Shown here: positions 1-8,766 of the stretch, in pieces
Layout of the letters: each line of letters begins with the position of its first letter
Position numbering within the stretch: the first letter of the stretch is position 1
Source: Pyrobaculum sp.
Lineage (GTDB): Archaea; Thermoproteota; Thermoprotei; Thermoproteales; Thermoproteaceae
Direction: 5' to 3'
Assembly (NCBI GenBank): GCA_046293555.1
Contig: JBKBOT010000004.1
Span: forward strand, 5,485-69,484
Length of the DNA stretch: 64,000 bases
Made by a program: the position numbers and the translations under genes
The notes under the pieces: model-generated
What the model was told of the DNA's origin: nothing
The model's input: the letters and a program-made list of their open reading frames with translations, nothing else
Database searches by the model: none

Positions 1-605
1 AGAGCCAGCGACTTCACCTCATCCAACCCGGCTAGAAACTCCATGAGTTCAATCTCGGTGACGTCTATCCGGTTGCCAAAACTTGCCGCAATCCCCACGC
101 CGATGTTGGCGCCAGCCGCCCAGTCAAGCGCGGCGGTCATCACGGCGCCGCTCTGGCTAAGAAAGGCTATGGGGCCGGGGGGAGGGCGCGCCGCCCTCTC
201 TAGGGGTATAAACATGGTGTCTAGGCCGATGTGGGCGTTGTAGACGCCGAGGCAGTTTGGCCCCAGTACCCTCACGCCGTGTCTCCTCGCCGCCTCTAGC
301 AGCTCCTCCTCTAGGTCCCGCCTCCCCACTTCTGCAAATCCTCCAGACACCACAATGGCGGCTTTTACGCCGGTCTTGCCTGCCTCCTCTATAATTGCCG
401 GCACGGTGGGGGCTGGGGTGGCCACCACCAGGAGGTCTGGCGGCTCTGGGAGCTCGGAGATAGATCTGTAGTAATATTTGGGGTTCACGGGGTAGACCCT
501 CCCCCTGAATCGGGAGAGTTGTCTCAATATCTGGCCCCCCACGGTGTGGGGGTTGGGGGAGGCCCCCACCACCGCTATGGAGTTTGGGAAGAGGAATTCC
601 CTCAC
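1..605 (-). CDS. ADP-forming acyl-CoA synthetase alpha subunit (CoA-binding domain), 5' part; runs off the window
   Basis: Manual translation from GTG at 605 (GTGA overlap with the upstream stop): MREFLFPNSIAVVGASPN...VYPVNPK...SGGFAE...RVLGPNCLG...FLSQSGA, typical AcdA motifs. Not in the ORF track. Confidence 0.85.
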   Translation of the reverse strand, partial: MREFLFPNSIAVVGASPNPHTVGGQILRQLSRFRGRVYPVNPKYYYRSISELPEPPDLLVVATPAPTVPAIIEEAGKTGVKAAIVVSGGFAEVGRRDLEEELLEAARRHGVRVLGPNCLGVYNAHIGLDTMFIPLERAARPPPGPIAFLSQSGAVMTAALDWAAGANIGVGIAASFGNRIDVTEIELMEFLAGLDEVKSLA

Positions 606-1828
606 CCCCTGAGCGCCTTGGAGATAGCGGCGGGGTTGTAGCCCACTATTACCGTATATGTGCCGTTGGGGTATATCACCGCCACCATGGGGGTTCCCAC
701 AGACTCGCCGGCCTGTCCGGCGAGGATTTCAGCCAACCGGCGTGACGACTGGACGTCTACCGTACAGCTCTCTGTGGGCAGTATGTCGGTATAGTTCCTG
801 TCGCCAGCTAGAAACCGCGCGTAGATCTCCAGGAGGGTGGGGACTACGGACTGTGGCGACTTCTGGTAGAGACATCTTAACCTCTGGTGGTCTGGCAGAG
901 CTGCCTCATGTACCACGAGGTCTATTAACACCACCTTGTGGCCTTGAAACAACGTGTAGTTATACCTAAAGAGCTGGGCGCAGTAGGGACAGTCCAGGTC
1001 GAAAAAGATCACCGCCGCCGGCCAGCCGCCGTCGTAACTCATGCCGATTTTCTCAGCCACGCGTAGTACGTCCAGCCCGCCTCCAACCGCCGCCGTCACG
1101 TTTTGCATAAGCTCGGCCACGGCTTGTCTCACCTCTGGGGCCATCTCTGCTGCCTTCTGGAGGACATACGTCAAGGTGGCTGCCGGCTGTGTGCCATAAG
1201 TCAGCTGGACTTTAAGCATGTAGACAGCGCCGTCTGGAAGCTGTTGTTTTTCATAATTCAAGACGGCGTTAAGGCCGGGGAAGATGGGCACAGTGGTGGT
1301 GTTTACATAAACCACCGCCTGGCCGAACGGCGTCTGGGCGACCCCGGCCCTAGTCCAGCTGGCGGGAGGGGGTAGCCCCACCACCAGGAAGACGGCGTCT
1401 TCAAAACTTCTGGCTGTGGGAAGTGGCGTGTAGGAAGTGCGGCACTGGCTATTTGAAAGCGTGACCTGTTCCCCAGCTATAGTTAGAGAGGTGGTGGAGT
1501 TTATACATAGGCCAAGCGGCTTGCTGTAATATGTAGATTTCTGTATCTCGCCCCGCGGCCCTCTCGCCAAGACGTTTATGTGGCTCTCTCTAAATAGGAT
1601 GTAGGTTAACGACTCGTTTCTCACGTCGCCATACACCACGCCTTCTTTCAACGCGATGAAATACGCCGTGCCCACCTGTTGGTCTCCTATCCTCACCGTG
1701 TAGACATACATCTTGCCGACAGACGGCTGGGCGGCTAGAGGGGCAGGCTGGTTTTGGAAAGCCAGTAGGACCACGACGGCTACTGCCACCACGACTAGAA
1801 GGGCCCCGATGAGGACATATCTGTTCAT
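602..1828 (-). CDS. Membrane-anchored DsbA/thioredoxin-fold protein
   Basis: N-terminal TM/signal from ATG 1828; C-terminal FFDLDCPYC (CxxC) and GTP cis-Pro motif. TTTTTTATAT box upstream supports 1828 over 1900. Confidence 0.7.
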   Translation of the reverse strand: MNRYVLIGALLVVVAVAVVVLLAFQNQPAPLAAQPSVGKMYVYTVRIGDQQVGTAYFIALKEGVVYGDVRNESLTYILFRESHINVLARGPRGEIQKSTYYSKPLGLCINSTTSLTIAGEQVTLSNSQCRTSYTPLPTARSFEDAVFLVVGLPPPASWTRAGVAQTPFGQAVVYVNTTTVPIFPGLNAVLNYEKQQLPDGAVYMLKVQLTYGTQPAATLTYVLQKAAEMAPEVRQAVAELMQNVTAAVGGGLDVLRVAEKIGMSYDGGWPAAVIFFDLDCPYCAQLFRYNYTLFQGHKVVLIDLVVHEAALPDHQRLRCLYQKSPQSVVPTLLEIYARFLAGDRNYTDILPTESCTVDVQSSRRLAEILAGQAGESVGTPMVAVIYPNGTYTVIVGYNPAAISKALRG

Positions 1829-1978
1829 TGGCAAACCTTCAGATAGATATAAAAAATTTTGGGCGTTTAAGACCTTCCGTACCCGCCAGCCGTCTCCCAC
1901 GCCGGCGTCAAACTGCCCGCGGGGCTTCCCGCCGCCAATGTCTCCCGGCGTTGTGGCCAGCCTTGAGGCAGCCCCTCC

Positions 1979-3262
1979 CTATATGTCTTTCAACACTTTT
2001 CTTAGCGACTCTGGGTTGGCTGTATTTACCTTGACTGTGGGCACGTGGGCTTTAATTACCTCGTTTGTGCCTCCAATTAGGATGGCCTTTACCTCTCTGA
2101 AGGCGCTTTTCGCCGCCTTTAGGACCTCTGGGTTTACCATGTCGTCCTCGCCATCTGTAATCAAGACTAGTTTATACCCCTGTAGGCCCTGTTGTCTAGA
2201 GTCGCGAATTGCCGTGTGGACTGCGGCAGTTATGTCTGTCCCCCCCAGCGGCAGTACCTTAAGTAGAGATTTTATGATGTCTTTCGTGCTGGTGATGGGG
2301 GGGTAGACCATCTGGTCGAAAAACCGCATCACGACCCTCCTACATTTTCTCATCAACGCCACCGCCAGCGCCGTGGCCCAAGTGATTTTTTGCGTCATGT
2401 CCATAGCTACGCCGTCGTATACGGCGTAGAACATAGAGCCGGATTTATCCACGAGGAGGTACACCTTTTCCCGTATCTCAATCGACGTGTCGTATATAGA
2501 GAGAGATTTTGTGGCCAGCTTGTAGCCAAAAAGCTCTCTAGACTGGAGGTATATAGCCTTGCTGAGATTTGTGGCCTTCTGTAAGTCGGAAAATGTCCTT
2601 ATCCTAGTGACCCCAGAGATGACGCCACGGCGTTCTGCCAGCTGGCTTTCTTCTAGCTCCGGGGCTATGCCGGAGATTAGGGTCACCAGAGACTCCAGTA
2701 TTTTGGCCAGCCTGGCCCTATAGGGGTCAATATCTATGTCGAACAGAAGCTCTGCCGCCTCTTTCCCCACGTCATCGCCGAGAGCCTTGGCTACAGACCT
2801 CCTTATCTTCTCTATGTTCTTTATGTTGCCCATATAGAAGCGGAGGAGGCTACTTATCTCGTGGCGTAACAGCTGGTTTTGGCTAAGCTCCTCGTAATCC
2901 CCCCTCTCCTTTACCCCCTCCACGGCCCCCCTCTCTATTCTAGACAGGAGGCTGTTGTATGCACGTAGCAGCTTTATGGAGGCAGATCTGGAGACCTGGT
3001 AGTTATACCTACTTATCTTAGAGATCTCCTGGTAGATATCACTATTTATATATGTCCGCAGGAAGAGATTCCACAGAGCCTCTTCTTTAGAGTCCTTGAG
3101 GATAGGCGTCCTGTAGTGTACGTAGAAGGAGTCTGCAATTATGTGGTTAGAAATTTTAGCCAGCTTGAGGGGGATGCCGAGCCTTTGGAAGTATCTTACT
3201 ACCTCGTGCGTTCTAAGTCTTGTAAGCTCGTCCTCATAGTCGACGTTTAGCAGGGCGCCCAT
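1979..3262 (-). CDS. VWA-domain protein (ViaA/CoxE-like)
   Basis: MIDAS motif VDKSGSM, GGTDI, ITDGED; directly downstream of an AAA+ ATPase. Confidence 0.85.
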   Translation of the reverse strand: MGALLNVDYEDELTRLRTHEVVRYFQRLGIPLKLAKISNHIIADSFYVHYRTPILKDSKEEALWNLFLRTYINSDIYQEISKISRYNYQVSRSASIKLLRAYNSLLSRIERGAVEGVKERGDYEELSQNQLLRHEISSLLRFYMGNIKNIEKIRRSVAKALGDDVGKEAAELLFDIDIDPYRARLAKILESLVTLISGIAPELEESQLAERRGVISGVTRIRTFSDLQKATNLSKAIYLQSRELFGYKLATKSLSIYDTSIEIREKVYLLVDKSGSMFYAVYDGVAMDMTQKITWATALAVALMRKCRRVVMRFFDQMVYPPITSTKDIIKSLLKVLPLGGTDITAAVHTAIRDSRQQGLQGYKLVLITDGEDDMVNPEVLKAAKSAFREVKAILIGGTNEVIKAHVPTVKVNTANPESLRKVLKDI

Positions 3263-4369
3263 TTACAGCTGGCTTTTCAACATGTCTAACGTAGATCTGA
3301 TCTCCTCAAGCTCTATATAGAAGAAGCGGTACATCAGGGGGTCTGCCACAGCTTTTTCCAACAGGCTGTACGCCTCCCTAAGCCTCTCTCTGGCTATATT
3401 AACCGCGTTGTTTGTCACCAACGCCTTTATTTCGTTCGCCATGTCGTATAGTATAGACAGGTTGCCCGGCATGTGTGTAGAGAGGAAGGACTCATATTCC
3501 GCGAAGTCGTCTCTGTCTTTCACCAGGTATTTCAACACCTTGATGGTCCCCGCCCTCAACGTGGCTGCGTCGAGATCTGAGGGCCTTACCCCAAGGACTG
3601 TGAGGTAGGCCACCACGTAGAACGGCACCTTTACCCTAGTGCGGTTTGAGATCACCACGTGGTCTAGATAGGCGGCCACCACGGGGGATATCTGTTTGAC
3701 CAAGGCCCCCATGTTCTCATAGACGTAGTTCTGGATGTAGTCATTTACCTTCTTGATGCCTTCCATCGTCATCACTGGGCTCAGCCTTTCGAACTCCCGC
3801 CTTAACTTGAGGCCCGTCTTGATTAACTCCTCCGTCTCGTCGGGCTGGGCGTATTTCGTGAAGACTCTTAACGGAAATCTGTCGTATAGGGCTTGTAGCT
3901 CCTCCTCGTCTGGCACGCGGTTGCTGGCGCCAAAGACAGTCCAGGTCTTCACGGGGATTATGTTCCCCCCGTCGTAAATCACCCTCTCGTTGAGAATAGT
4001 CAACATGGCGTTAAGAATGGCGCTAGAGACGTTAAAAATCTCGTCCAATAGGGCGAGGTCTGCCTCCACGATGGAGTTTGTATAAATCCTCTTTACGTTA
4101 CCCTTTAGGAGCTCCACCACGTCTATGGGGCCTATCACCTCCTCAATTTCTGTAAATTTTGTCAACAGTCTGTAAAACCACCTGGCCTTAAGTAGCCTCG
4201 ATATTGACGCCACCAACATGGTCTTGGCGGTGCCGGGGGGGCCAATCAGGATGATGTTTTCTCTTGTCAACACCGCCGTGAGGCTGGCGTTTATCTCGTC
4301 TGAAAACTTGAAGAAGTGCGAGTCCAGTACTTTCCTTATATGTGTGATGTCAGACAGCAGATCTTCCAC
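3263..4369 (-). CDS. MoxR-family AAA+ ATPase (RavA-like)
   Basis: Walker A GPPGTAKT, Walker B LLDEIF, ASN and LYDRF motifs. Confidence 0.88.
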   Translation of the reverse strand: MEDLLSDITHIRKVLDSHFFKFSDEINASLTAVLTRENIILIGPPGTAKTMLVASISRLLKARWFYRLLTKFTEIEEVIGPIDVVELLKGNVKRIYTNSIVEADLALLDEIFNVSSAILNAMLTILNERVIYDGGNIIPVKTWTVFGASNRVPDEEELQALYDRFPLRVFTKYAQPDETEELIKTGLKLRREFERLSPVMTMEGIKKVNDYIQNYVYENMGALVKQISPVVAAYLDHVVISNRTRVKVPFYVVAYLTVLGVRPSDLDAATLRAGTIKVLKYLVKDRDDFAEYESFLSTHMPGNLSILYDMANEIKALVTNNAVNIARERLREAYSLLEKAVADPLMYRFFYIELEEIRSTLDMLKSQL

Positions 4370-4374
4370 AGTTC

Positions 4375-4431
4375 ACATTCGTTTCTCCATTAATATTTTT
4401 TGCTTTTACATTCGTTTCTCCATTAATATTT
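4375..4431. repeat. Direct repeat, 2 x 24 bp (ACATTCGTTTCTCCATTAATATTT), period 33 bp
   Basis: Identical copies at 4375-4398 and 4408-4431 in the divergent intergenic gap. Confidence 0.95.
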
Positions 4432-4508
4432 GCTAGGCCAAAACTTACGGCCTACTCTCCTGTAGGTAGTTATGCCTTGACTATATAAATACTGTAGATA
4501 AAATTGCT

Positions 4509-5792
4509 GTGGACCTGTTTTTCGACTTGTTTGTCCCCCAGGCGGAGAGGCGGCTTGGAGAATATCTCCGCGTCGAGAGAGAAAGAGAGACCCCACCGCT
4601 TTATGTACCCCAGCGGGAGGTAGAAAGCCGTAACTCTAGCCTCAAGGCTGCCGGCGTGGACGGCGGCGTGGGGGTAGTGAGGCTGTCTAACGGCCACCAG
4701 GTGGTAATAGCCAGGGCGGCGGCGGTGGGGCCAGACTTCATGGAGAGAGACCTTGTGGCAGATGTGGCCACTATTGACGGCTCTCTACACTGGGCCTACC
4801 TGGTGATTACGGAGTCTCTAGCGGGGCTAAAGGCCGTGGGGAGACACGGCGTTGACGTCTTGTTTATGGACGGGTCGCTTTACGCCAAGATCATGAGGCT
4901 TGTTCACAACCTCATACTGGCTAGAGAGTTCCAAAATCTTTACTACATCCCGGAGTTCGCCCTGGCGTTACACACGCTCTCCAGGCTGATAGAAGAGGCG
5001 GCAACACGGGGCGTGAGGCTGGTCTTCGTCTCCAAGGACCATAACTTTAGGCTTGTGAAAGAACACCTTATTTTCGACAGGCTTTATGCAAAACACCGCG
5101 ACGCCCTATTCCAGAGGGGGCTTTTGTGGCACTCAGTGTTGTGGATCAGGAGGTTTAGAAAAGAGCTTCTAGAGAGCTACAGGAGGGCCCAGAGGTATGA
5201 CTACGAGGCGGCCAGACTGCTGGCTCTCCTCATAAACCAGTCTATAACTGACTCCCTGCTGCTTGACGCCTTGTTGCCTCCAGGGCGTTATACAGTCCCC
5301 ATGTTGGTAGGCAGCTGCGACGCCTATATTAACTACAAGGACCTCACCACAGTGGAGAAGCTAGCCAAAGCTGCGGAGGACAGGCTGGAAGACTCTCTGA
5401 TATTTAGGCTTAGAGAAGATTTTAACTACGACGTGGCTGGACTGGTGAGAAACGCGTTGGAGAAATTGCCAAAGATATATTTCTTCTACATTAAGCTCAG
5501 ACATGAGGACAAGCCGCTGTTGGCCGAGGTGCCTGCAGAAGGCAGGATGTTCGACGGCGCTCCAGTCAAGGCCTTCCACCCCGCCGCCGACGTGGGAGAT
5601 GTGGCGGGCTTTTTGGCAAGTCACTACAAAGACCCAATTCATTACAACACCTGGCTTTGGTATGCCCACACACACGCCTCGTTTAGATCAAGCCAGCTGG
5701 CGGAGTATGCGGTATATCTAAAGAAGATAATTGCCGAGAGGGGGGCCAACCTGGGCGTCGCCAGGAGGGTAAAGCTGGCCTGGGGGTTATGA
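4509..5792 (+). CDS. nurA: NurA 5'-3' nuclease
   Basis: AGVDGG, LFMDGSL, FVSK, YNTWL..AH motifs; first gene of the herA-mre11-rad50 operon. Confidence 0.85.
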   Translation: MDLFFDLFVPQAERRLGEYLRVERERETPPLYVPQREVESRNSSLKAAGVDGGVGVVRLSNGHQVVIARAAAVGPDFMERDLVADVATIDGSLHWAYLVITESLAGLKAVGRHGVDVLFMDGSLYAKIMRLVHNLILAREFQNLYYIPEFALALHTLSRLIEEAATRGVRLVFVSKDHNFRLVKEHLIFDRLYAKHRDALFQRGLLWHSVLWIRRFRKELLESYRRAQRYDYEAARLLALLINQSITDSLLLDALLPPGRYTVPMLVGSCDAYINYKDLTTVEKLAKAAEDRLEDSLIFRLREDFNYDVAGLVRNALEKLPKIYFFYIKLRHEDKPLLAEVPAEGRMFDGAPVKAFHPAADVGDVAGFLASHYKDPIHYNTWLWYAHTHASFRSSQLAEYAVYLKKIIAERGANLGVARRVKLAWGL

Positions 5793-7636
5793 AGGTAGGC
5801 CACGTGATGGCGGCGGCAACGCCCTTTGAGTTTCTCGCCACCATAGACCCCGAGAGCCCGGTGGGGCTTTATGAATACGTGGCGGTAGACCATATAGACG
5901 GGGGGCGGCTGTTGGGACAAATCATAAGGCTCTACAGAGATCCCTACTCCCTCAAGAAGGACCTCCCCCTCTATTACGTCATGTCGGAGGTATCTAACAA
6001 CCTCCTGGAGGTGCAGGTGGCGAGAGTGAAGATTCTGGGCTATCTAGATGGCGGCAAGTTAAAACTTCCCAAACAGCCCCCGAGAATTGGCGCCGCGGTG
6101 TATCTCGCAGAGGATGAAGAAGTGGCCGAGTTGTATAAAGTAGACAACGGGCTGTGTGTGGGGAAGTCCATCGGGAGGGAGGTAGAGATATGTCTAGACC
6201 TCAACGGGGTGAGGAGACATATGGCCATAATGGCCGCCACTGGTAGCGGCAAGACGTGGCTTTCGGTGGTGTTAATTGAAGAGCTTTTGAAAAAAGGCGG
6301 CAAGATCGTGGTGTTTGACCCACACGGCGAGTACATCCCCATTAGAGATACTATCCACAAGCTGGGGCCATATGAGGCTAGGGTGATCACAGTGTCTGAA
6401 CGGTATCCGGGAGATCTGAGGTATAAAATCGGGGTGCTACATAGCGACCCGGAGGCCTTGGGAGACGCGGCGGGAGTCCCGCCGAAAGCCACAAAGATAA
6501 GATACGCCATATATCTGGCACAGGCTTTAGCCAAGAGGGTGAGGGAGGCTGACGGAAGGCCTAGAGGCTTGGCCTTTATGTACAAAACGCTCCGCGCCGC
6601 CTTAGGGGGGGGTTTGAGGAAATACCTATCTAGAGAGGTAAAAAACGCGCTGGAGGACGACAGGAGGCTGGACCTACTAGTGGAAGACCTGGAGGCCTTG
6701 GCGCAGAGAGATAGGCACTCTGTCTTCAGCGCCGTTATGTACCTCAAGCGGCTGAGGCGGCTGGGGGTATTTGCCCCCCGGTCCACCCCACTGTCTAAAC
6801 TGCTGGCCGACGTGACTATAGTAAACCTGGCGGGAGTGAGACAGGAGGTACAGGACTACGTCGTGGCCCATCTAACCGATAGGATCTTTGAGGCTAGAGT
6901 ACGGCATGTGAGATCTCTAAAAGGCGAGGCCCTCCCCTGGCCGGTGGTGTTGTTTGTAGAGGAGGCACATAGGTTCGCGCCCCCCAAGACGTTAAAGAGG
7001 ACTAGGGCATATGAGGCACTCTCCCGGGTAGCCGCCGAGGGGAGGAAATTTGGCGTCTTTCTGGTGGTGATAAGCCAGAGGCCAAGTAGGGTGGATCCAG
7101 ACGTCATAAGTCAGTGCCAAAGCCAGGTGGTGATGCGTATAATCAACCCCAAGGACCAGGAGGCCGTTAGAGACAGCAGTGAGTTCATGGCGCAGGAGTT
7201 TTTAGAAAACCTCCCCGGCCTAGACGTGGGGGAGGCTGTGGTACTAGGGCCCGTGGTGAGACTGCCGGCGGTAGTAAAGGTGAGAGATAGGGCCCTGGAG
7301 TACGGGGGACAGGACATAGATCTAGCGCAGGAGTGGCAGAAAGCCAGGGGGCAAGTGGGCAATATGGCCCTCTATAGAGTCTGGAGGGAGGTCTTTAAAT
7401 CCACGCCGTCGCCCCAGGTGGTGCTGGCGGCGCAGGCCTTGGAGGTTGTATCTGTGAGTAAAGACGGCGCCGTGGCAAAAGTGGTGTTAAAAGACGGCGG
7501 GGGGAAAGTAGTTGTGACAATAGAGGGGGGCCACGTGGCGTGTAGCCACTGCGGCGTTGGGAGGGGCTGCCCCCATGTCTACAAGGCGATGGAGGCGGCT
7601 GTAGACATAATTTGCCCCCAGCCGGGGTGTAGATGA
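5789..7636 (+). CDS. herA: HerA bipolar helicase/translocase with C-terminal Cys/His extension
   Basis: HAS-barrel-like N-terminus, RHMAIMAATGSGKT, VEEAHRF, EGRKFG, SQRPS. Confidence 0.92.
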   Translation: MKVGHVMAAATPFEFLATIDPESPVGLYEYVAVDHIDGGRLLGQIIRLYRDPYSLKKDLPLYYVMSEVSNNLLEVQVARVKILGYLDGGKLKLPKQPPRIGAAVYLAEDEEVAELYKVDNGLCVGKSIGREVEICLDLNGVRRHMAIMAATGSGKTWLSVVLIEELLKKGGKIVVFDPHGEYIPIRDTIHKLGPYEARVITVSERYPGDLRYKIGVLHSDPEALGDAAGVPPKATKIRYAIYLAQALAKRVREADGRPRGLAFMYKTLRAALGGGLRKYLSREVKNALEDDRRLDLLVEDLEALAQRDRHSVFSAVMYLKRLRRLGVFAPRSTPLSKLLADVTIVNLAGVRQEVQDYVVAHLTDRIFEARVRHVRSLKGEALPWPVVLFVEEAHRFAPPKTLKRTRAYEALSRVAAEGRKFGVFLVVISQRPSRVDPDVISQCQSQVVMRIINPKDQEAVRDSSEFMAQEFLENLPGLDVGEAVVLGPVVRLPAVVKVRDRALEYGGQDIDLAQEWQKARGQVGNMALYRVWREVFKSTPSPQVVLAAQALEVVSVSKDGAVAKVVLKDGGGKVVVTIEGGHVACSHCGVGRGCPHVYKAMEAAVDIICPQPGCR

Positions 7637-8766
7637 AGATCCTCCATCTTTCAGACGCCCACCTGGGGAGGGCGCAGTACGGCCTCGCCGAGAGGGCTGA
7701 GGATTACTTCAACGCCTTTGAGGAGGCGTTGCGGCTGGGGAAATCCGCCGACGTGGTCCTGGCGACGGGGGACCTTTTCGACTCCAGGCAGGTACCCGTG
7801 CGGAGGCTCATGCGTTTTATAGACGTGGTGGAGGCGGCTGGGGTGAGGCTGTACGTCATCGGGGGGAATCACGACTTCAGCTATCTTGCCTACAGGTCGG
7901 ATAGATACCACACGGTGTTGAGCCTACTGGACAGGCTGGGGCTAGTCCAGCTGCTATGCTGGAAGGAGGCAGAGGTGGGGGGCGTATATATCTACGGCGC
8001 CTGTGCCACGCCTAGAGAACACGTGGCTGAATACAGGGCTTACCTCCAGAGGATGCCTCCAGGCTCCATACTGGCCATACACCAGGCCATAGAGGGCGTG
8101 AGGGCGAGATACCCCACGGAGTCTGACGACTTCACCATGCCGCAAAAAGTCTTTCAGGGCCTCCCCTATGTCCACATCGCCGCCGGCCATGTACATGACC
8201 ACTACGTGAGCCACCCCGTCGGCGCGGTGTGGGCAGGGTCGCTGGAGCTGTGGGACGCCGGGGAGTTCGAGACGTGGGATTTCGACGGGAGGTGGGAAAG
8301 GGGGCAGGAGGCCGCCGGGAAGGGGGTGGTGTTGATAGACGTCGCCGGGAGGGGGGTGGTCCACAAGTCGTTACTTCTCTCACGGCGGCGGCCCATGTAT
8401 AGAGTGAGGCTGCATGTAGGGGGTAGGGAGATACACCCCGCCGTGGAGGAAGCCGCCAGGCGTTTTGACCGAAGTGGGGCCGTGGTGAGGCTTGAGATAT
8501 ACGGCTCGGCGGAGGGGGTGAGGCTGGGGGAGCTGGCGGCCTATTTCCCCAAGGCCCTACATGTGGAGGTTGTAGACAAGACCTCCGCCCCGCGGCGGGC
8601 GGTAGAGCTGAGGGGCCCCGCCATGGGGGAGGTGATGCGGTTTTTAAAGGAGAGGCTGGGCGAACACGGGGAGGTGGTGCTAAAAGCCATGGAGTACCTC
8701 AGGGATGGAGATAGGGAGGCCGCAGAGAGGCTTCTCGCGGGGGTTCTGTATGATAAGGAGGGTTGA
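7633..8766 (+). CDS. mre11: Mre11 nuclease
   Basis: HLSDAHLG, GDLFD, GNHD, GHVH phosphoesterase motifs. Confidence 0.93.
   Translation: MKILHLSDAHLGRAQYGLAERAEDYFNAFEEALRLGKSADVVLATGDLFDSRQVPVRRLMRFIDVVEAAGVRLYVIGGNHDFSYLAYRSDRYHTVLSLLDRLGLVQLLCWKEAEVGGVYIYGACATPREHVAEYRAYLQRMPPGSILAIHQAIEGVRARYPTESDDFTMPQKVFQGLPYVHIAAGHVHDHYVSHPVGAVWAGSLELWDAGEFETWDFDGRWERGQEAAGKGVVLIDVAGRGVVHKSLLLSRRRPMYRVRLHVGGREIHPAVEEAARRFDRSGAVVRLEIYGSAEGVRLGELAAYFPKALHVEVVDKTSAPRRAVELRGPAMGEVMRFLKERLGEHGEVVLKAMEYLRDGDREAAERLLAGVLYDKEG

Noticed and set aside
6040-6786. Long 248-aa antisense ORF within herA (and similar long antisense ORFs elsewhere)
   Set aside because: No motifs, fully nested opposite a well-supported gene, and typical of GC-rich third codon positions.
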